Part shown: in pieces, positions 12,735-23,559 of the stretch | How the letters are laid out: each line of letters begins with the position of its first letter | Numbering within the stretch: position 1 is the stretch's first letter | Made by a program: the position numbers and the translations under genes | Assembly (NCBI GenBank): GCA_034780895.1 | Contig: JAUZTB010000062.1 | Location: 13,140,751 to 13,204,750, forward strand | Reading direction: 5' to 3' | Source: Rhynchobatus australiae | Taxonomy: Eukaryota | Length of the DNA stretch: 64,000 nt | The notes under the pieces: model-generated | The model's input: only the letters and a program-made list of their open reading frames with translations | What the model was told of the DNA's origin: nothing | Databases searched by the model: none

Positions 12735-12905
12735 ATCAAATCAAAATCAGAATCAGATGATTTTTGGTCATTCACTTAGATGACGTGGAAGTTATTGTTT
12801 TGCAGCAGCAGTACAATGCAAAGACATAAAATTACCATAAATTACAACAATAACTGTCGTGCAAAACAAATAGGAACGACGAGGCAGCGTTCATGGGTTG
12901 ATAGA
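12735..12905 (-). mobile_element. LINE 3' end fragment (Rex1/Babar-like tail)
   Basis: aatcagaatcag tandem tail plus ttgttttgcagcagcagtacaatgcaaagac, the reverse complement of the 5540 family. Confidence 0.6.
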
Positions 12906-13009
12906 CTGCTTCATCCTGCACAGAGTTGGGCTTCAAGGGTTGGTGCAGTTGTACTCATCCAGAAAGGCAGGAAAGCCAAAAAGATTGCCGTGGGCTGTAG
13001 AACTGACAG

Positions 13010-13170
13010 ATTTCAAAGTGAAGGGGAAGGACCCGGAAGATTTTGGAAAAAGAACAGAAATAATAAAATTGAGGCTTTGCTCAACCGGGAGCAAATGAGC
13101 ACAGGGATGAAAGACACATGGAACCTTGGTTGGGGCACTCCCAGCACCGCCATTGGACGGATGCAAAACA
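13010..13170 (-). mobile_element. L2-clade LINE fragment
   Basis: aaaattgaggctttgctcaaccgggagcaaatgagcacagggatg resembles antisense L2 ORF2 end (HWLPV..RI.FKIL region). Confidence 0.5.
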
Positions 13171-13699
13171 GTGACTCCTGGGAAAAGTCAAAATACGTTG
13201 GGGAGACCACAATACAGAACACTTATGGTTCTTTTGTCTTGAATAAGTGCACATACCCCCTGCTGNNNNNNNNNNNNNNNNNNNATTTTCTCATCCGTCA
13301 TCACAGAAATGACTGGAGGATTTTTGGGAAATTAACTTTATTTCTCAGTTGGAGAACAACCAACTTTGGGAAGAGAACACACCCATTAATACAAACACAG
13401 AGCCAATGGCTCGATGGAGCCCAATTATAGTATTCGAGAAATGCAGCATTAAACCTTGGCATTTTACAGAGGAGAACGGGCATTCAGAACACAGCTGAGG
13501 TGGTTTTCCTTGGTGGTGCAGATGTCAGCAATCACCAGAAACATACAGTACCAGACAAGAACCGTTCAGTCTGTTGGCAGGACCAGCAAGTCAGAAGCAA
13601 AGCACTACCTGCGTCCCAACTCAACGAATCTGAATGAATACTCTCTTAAAGTAGATAAGGATTTCCAGCTCTTTCCCCTCCCTTGGCAGTCCTTCACCA

Positions 13700-13759
13700 C
13701 TTCTACTTATGTAATTCTTCCAATGTAGTAAAACATCCCAAAAAGGTCTCAGAAATGTT
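13700..13759 (-). mobile_element. L2 LINE 3' terminus, left half of a split element
   Basis: caatgtagtaaaacatcccaaaaaggtctcagaaatgtt is the rc of an L2 tail; it continues at 17945. Confidence 0.6.
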
Positions 13760-14040
13760 AAGATATCTTTTAGTCACACGTACAATCAAAACACACAGTG
13801 AAATGCATCTTTTTATTGCGTAGAGTGTTCTGGGGGCAGNNNNNNNNNNNNNNNNNNNNNNNNNNNNNNNNNNNNNNNNNNNNNNNNNNNNNNNNNNNNN
13901 NNNNNNNNNNNNNNNNNNNNNNNNNNNNNNNNNNNNNNNGGGGAGAACATACAAACTCCTTACAGACAGCGGCCGGAATTGAATCCGGGTCACTGGTGCT
14001 GTAATAGCGTTACACTAACTGCTACACTACGGTGCCTGCC
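13760..14040 (-). mobile_element. young V-SINE, non-CR1-tail subfamily (internal 100-N gap)
   Basis: Tail aagatatcttttagtcacacgtac...cagtgaaatgcatc; head rc ...ctacactacggtgcctgcc. Confidence 0.9.
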
Positions 14041-14135
14041 CCACTGTTAGTTTTTTGTAAGTTTAACCAATTAATATATATAAGTTCTCCCTTTCTATGA
14101 ACTAATTCCTAGTACTTCTTAACAGCATCAAATTT
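14041..14135 (+). repeat. about 95-bp local direct repeat, copy 1 (copy 2 at 16610-16700)
   Basis: ccactgttagttttttgtaagttt...atgaactaattcctagtacttcttaa.agcatcaaatt is present at both sites. Confidence 0.9.
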
Positions 14136-14179
14136 AACAGCTTAAAATGTGTTTTATCTCTATTTTCTGATGGAAAATC

Positions 14180-14258
14180 ATTGACCTGAAACATTAACTT
14201 TTCTCTTTCCACAGATGCTGTCTGACCTGCTGCATATTTCCAGCATTTTTGCTTTCTT
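14180..14258 (+). mobile_element. Penelope-like repeat fragment
   Basis: ttgacctgaaacattaact...ccacagatgctgtctgacctgctgcatatttccagcattttt. Confidence 0.6.
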
Positions 14259-14279
14259 TGTAAAGTAGTAGCTTTCTTG

Positions 14280-14715
14280 ATACCGACTTGGGGTTATCTA
14301 AAACTCTTCTGCCCATGTCCTCATTTGTGCACATTCCCATCTATCCAGTGCCCCTGTGCTTGTGACCCATGTTGTCTCCCAGGTAGTCAACACTTTGATC
14401 TTGAAATTCACACCCTTGGTCTCCATTCCTCCAAGGTCTCGCCCTTCTCAACCTCTGCATCTCCTTTGACCCAACAACCATCCTGGACATCTAGGCTTCC
14501 AAAATTCCACAACTGAAGGTGGTGTCCCTGCAAACAAGGGCTTCAGCCATGAAACCCTCCATCCTCCCTTTTAGATTCCCCTCAAAAGTTGCCTCTTTGA
14601 ATAAGATTTTGGTCACCTGTCTTGATATCTTCATCTGTTGTTTGGCACCAATTTATTGCTTGGTAATGGGATGTGTTGCTATGTTAAAGATGTTGCTTAA
14701 TTGGAAGTTTTTGCT
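14280..14715 (+). mobile_element. L2 LINE 3' end
   Basis: cctctttgaataagattttggtcacctgtcttgatatc...gggatgtgttgctatgttaaagatg matches the L2 tail as I recall it from elasmobranchs. Confidence 0.65.
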
Positions 14716-16609
14716 GCAGGAGGGTGATTCATTTGGTGTCACAGAAAATTAAAGTTAACTTTATTAGATTGAGCATGTTCATTAAAATAATGAAGATATT
14801 TATCACTCCCTCGTATATGGGAGGCAAACAGAACCATGGTTTCTGGTCGAAAATTTTCAGGTTGAAATAAGAAAAGTTGTAATCATAAAATCAAAAGAAA
14901 AAAATCTTCCATAATTTTACTTTCAACTGATGCATTTCATCTCATCAGAACCAATTCAGAAATGTTGTCTTCACTCAAACTATCCTCCATGAACACATAT
15001 AAATAAGGGCAATTGGACATAATATTCTGATCCTGCTTCCTGCCCCTCCACTCACCCCCCCCTCCCCCAACCACCATCCCTAAGAGGTGAAGTCTTCCTT
15101 CTTTGTTCTGTTGTTTCACTTTCAACTTAATTAGTGATTAAACAGCTACTGTTTTGTGATCCACTTTTTTCCCTCGTTTCTGAAGTATTACTGTATCTCA
15201 TTCTCAGATTGATATCACACTCCCCAGTGACAACTTTACTACCAGTTTAAGAGAGAGTAGTTTACAGGAGATTAAAGGGAAATTCCTTTATCTGCAATAG
15301 CTGTGCACTTGCAAATCACTGATGAATTTCAAATGCAATAACAAAATGAGTTCTTCGTGACAAAGGATGCATTTGGGACCATCAGGAAGCATTTTGTTTA
15401 TATTTCTTTTCCAGCTGCTAAATAAATGCCTGCAAAGAGATTTATTTCAAATGTATTTGCTTATGGTGTTAACTGCCTTCTGAAAATATTTTCATTTACA
15501 GCTTTTTTTTTACAGACATCTGAACTTTACCTATATTTTGTCTTCAAATCTTCAATTTGATTTGCAGTTTATCGTTTGCGAAATAATTTCATTTCAAGCG
15601 AAGCCCAAGCATATTGAGAGTGAGATGGCAAAGATCACTGAACGTGAAGGACCTGTGTATCACCCTTTTTAGTCATTGTGGCCGTACGGCTGAAAATAGC
15701 TTTTAAGCGTTAGTCTGTGGATGATCTGTAACAGCAATGATGGCAGATTCCCTTAAAATCGAAACCTTGACCTCAAGAGCATGGAGCACGTTGAAAAATT
15801 ATCAATAAATTGTAACCAAATGCGCATAGTCATCCAAGCATGACACTGCCCAGCTTTCTTGAAAACGTTTCCAATATGTTGAATCATCCATCAATCTGAT
15901 AGGAGGTTTCTCCTGTTGATTCAATAATGACTGTTCCTTTGGGCCCCACAGATATTGCCTCATGCCCTACAATCCCTGATGTATTGCAATTAATTATGAA
16001 AAAAATGAGTATTTGGTATTTTCTACGAAATTAGGTTAACAGATCATTCTCTTTTGAGTGAATCTGCATGGGGTAGTGTTGATAGAATGAAATGTGAAAT
16101 ATTTTGCCTTGCTTTGAAATGAGAGTTCNNNNNNNNNNTGTGATCTGGGTGAAATGTGATTAGATTCAGGCTGATAACTCCGTTCTCCAGAACAAAAATT
16201 GTTTTATTCTTTGTATCACTGCAGTAGACCTGATTCTGGCATCCATTCTTTGTCTTGGCCTGATTCAAAGTCATCAGCTAACACCACTGCATTAACTCCA
16301 AGAGCCGTCCCCATTTGAAAGAGAAACATGGCTCTCTGCACATTCTTGTTCACAAATCACTTGCTCTTCTCTGTGACATCCTCCCTAATTTACTTTTATA
16401 TTTTTACAGTATTGTTTGAATGAACCTTGTCTATATCTCAACCATTATTATAGCATTCTTCTTAACATGGGGTTCCAAAACTGTACCCAATCTTTCTTGT
16501 TGTCATCTAACCAATAATTTATCATCATCTCTTTGTCTTTATAAAACCAGAATTAAGTTATTAATAGCATTATTGACTTGATAGCCATTTGTATATCAGA
16601 ACTGCAGGA

Positions 16610-16700
16610 CCACTGTTAGTTTTTTGTAAGTTTTATCAATTAATATTTATGTACTCTCTTTCCATGAACTAATTCCTAGTACTTCTTAATAGCATCAAAT
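16610..16700 (+). repeat. about 95-bp local direct repeat, copy 2, lying in a decayed CR1-like stretch
   Basis: Alignment by eye to 14041-14135. Confidence 0.9.
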
Positions 16701-17149
16701 TATCCAAATTAAAATCCAATTTAATCATCCTCATTGGATAAAATTCACCTGATCATTAGCCACCTAATTTTGTGTCCGTAAATTTTTGATGATATGCTTC
16801 AAGCACTAATTAAGATTATTAAAAGTAATTGAGCACTACAATGGGTATAAACTTTGAACAACACATGTTAGTTTGAAACAGTCAACAGGCATTAAATCCA
16901 TTTAACCATTACTTGTTTTCACTCAAACATTGCTTTCAATATTTCATTGCAACACTTCTTTTGTGGCATTGGAAAGTGCACTCAGTGTTCCTCAGTGCCA
17001 TTGCTTGCTGGTTTGCTTGGTGCAGCTTATTCTGCTGTAGAAACAATCCGAAAAACTAGGCTGAGAAGTCAAGCAAGGAAGTTATCAGAACAACATGGAG
17101 GACTGGTCACAGAGTCAAATGAACTGGTGCTCCATCTACAGCCGGAAAC

Positions 17150-17308
17150 AGACAGTCAACGTTTTAGGTTGAGACTCCAGATGAAGGGTCTTGATCCAAT
17201 ACATCAACTGTCCATTTCCCTCTACAGATGCTGCCTGCCCCGCTGAGTTCTTCCGGCAGCTTGTATTTTGCTCCAGATTCCAGCGTCTGCAGTCTCTTTG
17301 TGTCTCTA
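17150..17308 (+). mobile_element. Penelope-like repeat with inverted 5' junction and hammerhead-like core
   Basis: gacagtcaacgttttaggttgagact-ccagatgaa-gggtcttgatccaatacatcaactgtcc then cagatgctgcctgccccgctgagttc. Confidence 0.65.
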
Positions 17309-17649
17309 CCGCTTTGTCCTTGGTGGTTTTGCCCCAGTTTGATGCTGAACTGTGCGCTGAATTTCAGACAATGTCCAGTTGAGCAGTTACGTATTGACTG
17401 GCCAAGAAAACTTTTGTGTACATAGTTCTTCAGACTTCCCAACTCTATTCTTTGGCAGAAAATCTTTCCAGTTCATATTGTGGAAATTCCATTTATCTCT
17501 TATCAGTTCTTCCCTTACCTCAATTACTTTCTTTCTCCATGGCCAGAAAATCGTTTTACTCATTAACTGCCAGTGCTTTATATATGGACCCTATTGGCCA
17601 TTGTAAGGTACTGCAGCTCAAAGATACTCAGACTGATGTCCCCAAAATT

Positions 17650-17944
17650 AAGATGTCTTTATTAGTCACATTTACATAGAAAACACACAATGAAATGCAT
17701 CCTTTTGTGTAGAGTGCTCTGGGGGCAGCCCACAAGTGTTGCCACGCTTCTGGCGCCAACATAGCACGCCCACAACTTCCTAACCTGTACGTCTTTGGAA
17801 TGTGGGAGGAAACCAGAGCACCCGGAGGAAACCCACGCAGTCACGGGGAGAACGTATAAACTCCTTACAGACAGCAGCCGGTATTGAACCCAGGTCGCTG
17901 GCGCTGTAATAGTTCTACACTAACCGCTACACTGCTATGCCTGC
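17650..17944 (-). mobile_element. young V-SINE, non-CR1-tail subfamily (full length)
   Basis: Complete head, V domain and tail, closely similar to 42665-42957. Confidence 0.92.
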
Positions 17945-18075
17945 AACATTGATTTCAGTGCTGAGCCATGCAACTGAAGATTAGGACAGATGGAGAGAGA
18001 GGAGTTTGAAAGAGGGTCTTAAAAAAGTAAATGCGGTGGACAGTTTAGGGAAAGACTTCAGGGGCAAGGTTCCGG
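17945..18075 (-). mobile_element. L2 LINE, right half of the element split at 13759
   Basis: gctgagccatgcaactgaagattaggacagatg...gtcttaaa...gtttagggaaagacttcag is the expected continuation of the L2 tail rc. Confidence 0.6.
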
Positions 18076-19194
18076 AGTTAACATTTTGGTCCAGGACATT
18101 TCACTGGAAAAAAATGACAAAAGGATTCTGGAAATGAAATATTAATTGAAGCATTAATCTCAAGTGCTGGAACGGCTGATGCAACAACACCGTTCAGTCA
18201 CCTTCAGCAGAAGGGCCCAGTTGTTCGAGTTCGTGACTCGACCCCACCTTCTCAAGGGTAATAAACACTGGTCTTGCCAGCTGCACAAAGCCTTGAAAAA
18301 TAAAAATAGTGGTCTGAACTACAAAATCTCCGCCCAAGGAAGAGAGAAAAAAAAAAGAGCAAGTTAAGAACTACAACTCAGGTAGCCAAGCCCTTCAATA
18401 AATTACTGCTGTCGACCAAAATAAAAACCAGTTATATCGGTGTTGGTCCGACCCCTGGATGCTGCACTATGCTCTTTGTTCAATCACTGGGCTAAATAAG
18501 ACCCAGCGTGGCAAGGAGACAGTTGTCCTCACTGCTCGCTCCTGGTCATCAAGGTAGACCACCCCTCAGCAAACACCACACACTTCCAACTGCCCCTTCC
18601 ATAATGTATTATCCCTTACCCGACGAACCAATGACACTGACTTTGCAAATTTGCACTTGCTTGGTGATATTGCCTCAGCCAGAGAAAATAAGGAAGTCCT
18701 CACAGTAAAGAGCTTGGCCTGTGATAGAGGTTGAAGTCTTCCTCAGCTGGTGAATTCAGTCACTCCACAACACACCATCATTTCAACATTCCGTCCCGAG
18801 AAGACTTTCTACGAACAACAGTAAACCAGCCTCCCACATGGAGTCACACTCAACCATTGCCCATCATACAGAACCATTGAATAGAGTCAGCCCCTTGTCA
18901 GAAACACAAGGGGAGAAGGTGCTCAAACACTGCCTTGCAAAACTTGCCTTGAAGTAACCCTTTGCGTGGAGTTGCTCCCCTCACCCCAGCTCGGTCAACG
19001 TCCAGCTGAACTCTTGTTTGCTTTCATCAACTTGAACGCCCTGGCTGCTCCGTATTTGCAAGCACCTTCCCATCGCACCGACGTGGCCAGTCTGCAGTCT
19101 CCAACCACAGTGTCAGCAAAGAGGTGCTAATCCACAAACTGCCCTAACCCCCCCCCTCAAATACAGGCTTTTTATTTCCTTCACTCCCAAAATA

Positions 19195-19425
19195 AAACTT
19201 CTTCACTTCAGAGGGTGGTGCGATTGTGGAACGAGCTGCCAACAGAAGTGGTAGACGTGGGTTCAATTGTAACAGTTAAGAGAAGTTTGGATAGGTCCAT
19301 GGATGGGAGGGGTTTGGAGGGATATGGTCTGGGTGCAGGTAGGTGGGACTTAGCAGAAGATCAGGTTGGCATAGACTAGTTGGGCTGAAGGGCCTAATTT
19401 CTGTGCTGTAGTACTCTATGACTAT
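19195..19425 (+). mobile_element. CR1/HER1 LINE 3' end
   Basis: QRVVRLWNELPTEVVDVGSIVTVKRSLDRSM plus tail gggctgaagggcct...ctgtgctgtagtactctatgact. Confidence 0.9.
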
Positions 19426-19589
19426 CACTGGCAAAGCCGTTCAGCACTGTCCCCTCACGCTTAGTCACCAATTGGCACAATGCTTGGAGGAACCATTGAA
19501 CGGCTCACAGATGAAACCTTCCACATGCACAGACAGCCACTTCAGCACTGCCATCTCCTCTGGACCAAAGCAACCTCACAATGAGACTG

Positions 19590-19920
19590 TGGAGGCAGTG
19601 GGCAACACAGTGGTCAAGCACTACACCACATCTCCAGCATCCTGGGCTTGGTCCTGGACTCTGCTGTCGTCTGCGTGGAGTTTGCATGTTCTCTGTGATC
19701 CTTTGGAGTTTCCTCCCATATACCAAAGACGTGTGGATTAGCAGGTTAATTGGCCGCTATAAATGGTTCCTAGTGTGCAGAAGAGTGGTAGAATCTGTGG
19801 GAAGTTGATGAAAATGTGGGGAGAACTTAAAAAGTGGAATTAATGTCGGATTAATGTCAACGTTGGATGACGTGGATTCAGTGTGCCAAAGGACCCGCTC
19901 CTGTACTGTTTCTAGGACTC
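19590..19920 (+). mobile_element. HE1-type V-SINE (older subfamily)
   Basis: gtggagtttgcatgttctctgtga...tttcctccca...ggttaattggccgctataaat plus CR1-like tail. Confidence 0.8.
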
Positions 19921-20087
19921 TACAAGTGAGTTCTATTCATTATCAAACACAGCTTCCAGAGGAAATTATCGCATCCTGCAGGAGCTCCACGCTGTTACAC
20001 TGGAAGCAGTGGTTTACATGATGTTACACTGTTATACTTAATTCTCCTTGCAGCTAAACAATTGCCTGCTACATAGAAATTAAACAT

Positions 20088-20370
20088 TTTGGGGAAAACA
20101 AACCGCAGATACTTGAAATCTGGAATAAAAACAAAAACTTCTGGGAAACATTCAGCAAGTCAGGCGGTATCTGTGGAGACAGAAACACACTTAACGTTTC
20201 GGGTATCACTCCTGGCCTTGCACCCCTCCATTCCTGCCCCACTTCCTCTGCAACTACTTGTTTCTTTTTCCTCTTTCCCATTTCTGACCAAGGGTTCAAC
20301 CCAAAACTCTGTGAACCCTGTTTCTCTTCCCATAAACGAGGCCAGACCTGCCAAGTACTTTTTGGTTTAA
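20088..20370. mobile_element. Penelope-like repeat, two terminal pieces in inverted arrangement
   Basis: Left gcagatacttgaaatctggaataaaaac...ttaacgtttcggg is the rc of right ttctgaccaagggttcaacccaaaac...gccagacctg. Confidence 0.6.
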
Positions 20371-20959
20371 CTTCACCTCAATTTGCAGAGCACCTTTCGT
20401 ATTGGCTTTGGAGTGGCAACAAACGGTGACCGCTGCCACATTTGGGAATTCTACAAAACTACAAGTCATGTACACTCGTAACTTAATTATGAATTAAGTT
20501 GAGGAACTAGATTTTACACTTCACTGCATTAGTTGTGCCTCTAATATTTGAGGGGTTGTGCAAAAGACCCTCAGTAATACATTGGTGAAATAGCGTTAGC
20601 TCTGACAGCAAATGCAGCCTGGAGGCAATGTCAGAGCCGATAGCCTGCAGACCCTCCTGTCGCCTGCAGAGGGACCCACAATGCTGCAAAAATCCAAGCA
20701 AGAAACTGGTCTCCAAGCTGCTATCCCTGATCTCCCCAGCAGAGGGTCACACACCACCACTGACCCAGGTTTTGCTCCAGCATCGAGAGTTTTAAATTTA
20801 AGCCAACTTCAAAATCACAACCCCAGCACAAAAATTAATTGTAAACGTTATAACTCTAAAAGCCATACATGTCGCAATTGGCAATGGCTTACACAGATCA
20901 GGCGTTTAAAAGTGGAATTTGAAGTCATCATTTATTTCTCTGCTCCCAAAATAAAATGA

Positions 20960-21125
20960 AAAGAGTTGTATGTTACATAGTACGTTTCACACCCCTCTCA
21001 GAAGAATCCAAAGCACGCCACAGTCACGTGTGTTGACTGTTGTGTAGGAAACACAGAAGCCAATTTACTGGCAGCAAACTCCCACTAACAGCTGGGGACA
21101 ATGGTCAGGTGAGTTGTCCAGGAGG
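20960..21125 (-). mobile_element. DeuSINE 3' part, interrupted by a CR1 insertion
   Basis: taggaaacacagaagccaattt...agcaaactcccactaacagc; appears to resume near 21654-21720. Confidence 0.6.
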
Positions 21126-21129
21126 AATT

Positions 21130-21357
21130 CATAGAACATTACAGCACAGTACAGGCCCTTCGGCCCACAATGTTGTGCCAACATTTTATCCTGCTCTAAG
21201 ATCTATCTAACCCTTCCCTCTCACATAGCCCTCCATTTCTCTACCATTTATGTGTCTATCTAAGAGTCTCTTAAATGTCCCTAATGTATCTGCCCCACCA
21301 CCTGTCGGCAGTGAGTTCCACACACCCACCACTCTGTGTAAACAAAAACTTGCCTCT
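21130..21357 (-). mobile_element. CR1/HER1 3' end (non-inverted arm)
   Basis: catagaacattacagcacagtacaggcccttcggcccacaatgttgtgcc tail. Confidence 0.9.
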
Positions 21358-21653
21358 TATGTCTCATGAAGATAGGTTAATAGGTTGCATGAGCTAAGGC
21401 TTTTCTCTTTGGAGAGGAGGACGAAGAGAGGTGACTTGATAAAGGTCTACAAGATAAGAGAGGTAGATCGAGTGGACAGTCAGAGACTTTTTCCCGGGCC
21501 GAAAATGGCTAACACGAGGGGGCATAATTTTAAGGTGATTTGGAGGAAGGTACAAGGGGGATGTCAGAGATAATGATTTTGTTTACACAGAGTGGCGGGT
21601 GTGTGGAACGCACTGCCGGCAGAGGTCGTGGGGGCAGATACATTAGGGACATT
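21358..21653 (+). mobile_element. CR1/HER1 ORF2 C-terminal fragment (inverted arm, no tail)
   Basis: ORF ELRLFSLERRTKRGDLIKVYKIREVDRVDSQRLFP..ANTRGHNFKV. Confidence 0.9.
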
Positions 21654-21739
21654 GAATCTCACTCAACAGAAGAACTGCATCCCAGTTTGTACGTAATATG
21701 GGTCTGTTGCTCTGCGAGGAGCAGTGTTGACAAAGCACC

Positions 21740-22145
21740 AGCAGCATCAGCATTGGGGCTCTGTGGTTCAGGCTCGAGTCAGAGTCAAGAGGAGTATCCC
21801 TGGGCTGATACTCCAGTGCAGAACTGGAGAAAGTGCAAACTTGCTGTCTTTCAGATGAAACCTTAAAGTGGGGCCCCATTAACCCAGATGGGGAGATGAA
21901 TAGATCAGAGGAGGGAGGGTTTCCCCTGTGGCCTGAACCATTTTAAATCACTCAACCAACAATTGCCGGATTGTTATGGATTCACAGATGATCTGGTTGA
22001 TATTTCCTTGTGGGGCCCCACCAAGAGACTGCCATATTTTCCACATTAACACCAGTGCCCACATTCCAGAAAATACTTCACAGGTTGAGAAAGAGCTTTT
22101 CAACATCAAGGTCACAAAAAGGTGCTTTTATCATGCAAGTCTGTT
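21740..22145 (+). mobile_element. degenerate DeuSINE (SacSINE1-like)
   Basis: ggctgatactccagtgcagaactg...gctgtctttcagatgaaaccttaaag (Deu domain) and tail aaatacttca...aaggtgcttttatcatgcaagtc. Confidence 0.7.
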
Positions 22146-22489
22146 TAGAGCCCAGCTCAATGAATACTCAGTGCTGGAAGACTCCAGTGTAACCAGACAG
22201 CCATTTGACAGAAATCCAATCCAAATTTAGATTTGTCCAGTTGCAAACATTGTGGGTGGGTTGGATTAGGAACAATCCTTGGGCGTTTGTACAGTTTTCA
22301 ATAAAAAAAATTCCATAATTACAAAATTCACAAAGGACTCTGCAGCAAACAGGACCCACCCAATCCAGACTTCAGACCATAAGATTAGAATTATAATACT
22401 AAAAGTGTTTTACCCAAGGGCGAGGGTTCTGTCATTAGAGGGCTGTTGAACACACAATGCTTGCTCGGTGCTCCGGGAGCTTAAAGCTT

Positions 22490-22847
22490 CAACATTGAGG
22501 AAAGGATGTTAATGCATTGGAAGCAGTTCAGAGAAGATTTACCGGACTAATGCCTGGAATGGGTGGGCTGCCTCATGAGGAAAGGACAGACAGGTTAGTC
22601 TCATACGTGCTGGAATTTAGAAGAATGACTGAAGGGTCTTAACAGGGTGGATGTGGAGGTGATGTTCCCTCTTGTAGGACAATCGAGAGCTAGGGGCCAC
22701 TGTTTAAATAAAAGTATGGGGTAGCCCATCCAAGGCAGATGAGGCATAGTTTACTCTCAAAGACTTGAGCCTTTGTAACTCTTCCTCAAAAGGAAGATTG
22801 AAGCAGGGTCTTTGAATATTTTTTTAAGGCAGATGTAGAGTCTCGAC
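22490..22847 (+). mobile_element. CR1 LINE ORF2 end, interrupted by a young SINE (resumes about 23247-23345)
   Basis: RKDVNALEAVQRRFTGLMPGMGGLPHEER. Confidence 0.85.
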
Positions 22848-23246
22848 AAGATCAGATATCTTTTTTAGTCACATGTATATCGAAACATACAGTGAAATGC
22901 ATCTTTTTGCATAGAGTGTTTCGGGGGCAGCCTNNNNNNNNNNNNNNNNNNNNNNNNNNNNNNNNNNNNNNNNNNNNNNNNNNNNNNNNNNNNNNNNNNN
23001 NNNNNNNNNNNNNNNNNNNNNNNNNNNNNNNNNACCACTCTTCTGGCACCAACACAGCATGCCCACAACTTCCTAACCTGTACATGCTTTTTTTTTTGGA
23101 ATGTGGGAGGAAACCAGAGCACCTGGAGAAAACCAACACAGACACAGGAAGAACATACAAATTCCTTACGGACAGCAGCCAGAATTGGAGCTGGGTCGCT
23201 GGCACTGTAATGGTGTTACACTAACTGCCATACTACCGTGCCTGCC
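22848..23246 (-). mobile_element. young V-SINE, non-CR1-tail subfamily (internal gap)
   Basis: Tail agatatcttttttagtcacatgtatatcgaaacatacagtgaaatgcatc; head rc taccgtgcctgcc. Confidence 0.9.
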
Positions 23247-23559
23247 CAGCAGGCTTGGGGTTATGAAAAGTTAGGAGATTGTGGAGTTGAACCACGATCT
23301 TATCAAATGGCAGGGCAGGCTTCATGGGCCTACCTCTTGTACATTTGTATTTAATGCACAGCAGAGCCAGAGAGAGATTTCAAGAGGTATCAGGCCATGA
23401 GGGAAAACATTTGATTGCAGAACCTTCCAAGGCCGAGGGCCTTGGCTGAGATGGCAGCAGCAGGACTTTCATGAGAAATATAATGGGGACGTTCTGTGGC
23501 AATACAAACAGAGCATCCGGCATGATAATAACTCTACATGAAAGATGGAACAACATGGA

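Noticed and set aside
12780-13430. 216-aa ORF
   Set aside because: Runs antisense through LINE fragments and across a gap.
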